Below, in pieces: positions 62,921-64,000 of a DNA stretch of 64,000 nucleotides; position 1 is the first letter of the stretch; every line of letters starts with the position of its first letter. Position numbers and translations under genes: made by a program. The DNA is from Eledone cirrhosa (taxonomy: Eukaryota). The notes below the pieces were generated by a model, which was not told the DNA's origin, ran no database searches, and was given only the letters and a program-made list of their open reading frames with translations. Location: the NCBI GenBank assembly GCA_964016885.1, contig OZ024750.1, forward strand, positions 2,728,001-2,792,000. The letters are read 5' to 3'.

Positions 62921-64000
62921 TTTTGAGTTAATATTGGCAGGTCATCGTTAAGTTTAGCAATATTCAAAACCATCTGTAATAAGCAAGACTAGATTCTCAT
63001 CTATCTGGTTGTCATACTTCTGTTTGAGAGTCCATATCTCACAATAAGACATATTCAACCATTGCTAGAACAAGTCTGGTCTTAATAATGTTTCTCAGAG
63101 GTGACTTTCAGATCTTTGATAATCTATGACATACGTGCCATGTGATATAGTTTTCTGAGTCGACTATCCAAGTCCTATTTAAAGTTTGTTTTTGAACTGG
63201 TTTCAATTTTGCCTTTCATCTATTCGAGGTCGATAAAAAGAGTTCTAGTCAAGTCCTGGGACCGATTCTTCCTCTGTATCTCTCTCTCACTCTCTCTCAC
63301 TCTCTCTAGCCTTCTCTCTCACTCTCTCTAGCCTTCTCTGGAAGAAATCTGTTGTTCTCAGACTTGGAGAGGAGATGGTCTCCACTAGGTTTTAAAAATA
63401 CCCTAGAAACACTGTATGTCAGTACAGCGCCAGTACGACTCCCTCTGGAGTTACAGGACCATGCATGCTCATTTACAATATATTTCATCAAGAAATCTGC
63501 TGTGTTTCTCATATTTAGCCAGTATTGTATAAATGCAGAGAAATGAAAGATTCTAGATTTGCCAGTCAACACAGCATAGACTAACTAAGAACAATCTGAA
63601 GAACATTACACATAGCTAAAATAAATCTATTCCAAAAAGGCAGATTTGCCTTTTGATACTTGAAATTAAATATGGAATGACAACTGCGATGACATAAGTT
63701 CTTTTAATATATTTTTCAATAAGAAAAAAGTTCACAAAAGGGAATATAAGAAAATAAAACAAAAAGAAGAAAAAATCTTAAGAGTAGACATCTGAAAAGT
63801 TGTCATCCATCAAACATTTAGCAGAAAGTGAAATTCATGAAAAAAACGGTTTGAAAGCCGTAGCCATCTTCTAGATTTTCATCAGGTAAAGGTTCATTCT
63901 TTTATCTTTTCATATATAATATATTAAATGGTTTCTTGGATTGACAAAGGAGGGGAAAAAGGGATAATTGATTTTATTTACCAAATACAATCTTTGCAAG

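Noticed and set aside
62300-64000. Search for the next upstream dystrophin exon (human exon 65 equivalent)
   Set aside because: No LNWLLNVYD-like coding segment found; it presumably lies beyond the window

Overview
AT-rich, microsatellite-laden eukaryotic (metazoan) DNA. The SINE/LINE repertoire and (TA)n load suggest a coleoid cephalopod such as Octopus (inference). The window holds the 3' part of an invertebrate dystrophin gene on the minus strand. Thirteen GT-AG coding exons run from 62275 to the stop at 12607 and splice in frame: EF-hand region, ZZ zinc finger, syntrophin-binding region, two coiled coils, and the ancestral 'VGNLFHMA...LVTVMTDE' C-terminus. A probable ~4 kb 3'UTR follows; the 5' exons lie beyond the right edge. 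The introns and downstream flank contain tRNA-headed SINEs, RTE-, CRE- and Tx1/L1-type LINE fragments, TTAA-flanked piggyBac-like MITEs, mariner-like MITEs, minisatellites and foldback palindromes. Most notable: (1) a set of small (TA)n-embedded, Penelope-like elements carrying type I hammerhead ribozyme folds, two with intact cores, one of them sense within the dystrophin pre-mRNA and sequestered by its own inverted copy; (2) a candidate alternative exon at the position of human exon 71, with a perfect branch point, that would end dystrophin after the ZZ domain with a Cys-Cys-Cys/aromatic tail; (3) a PPxY motif on a symmetric 78-nt exon in dystrophin's own tail; (4) a tandem Tx1-like LINE duplication with chimeric 3' ends.
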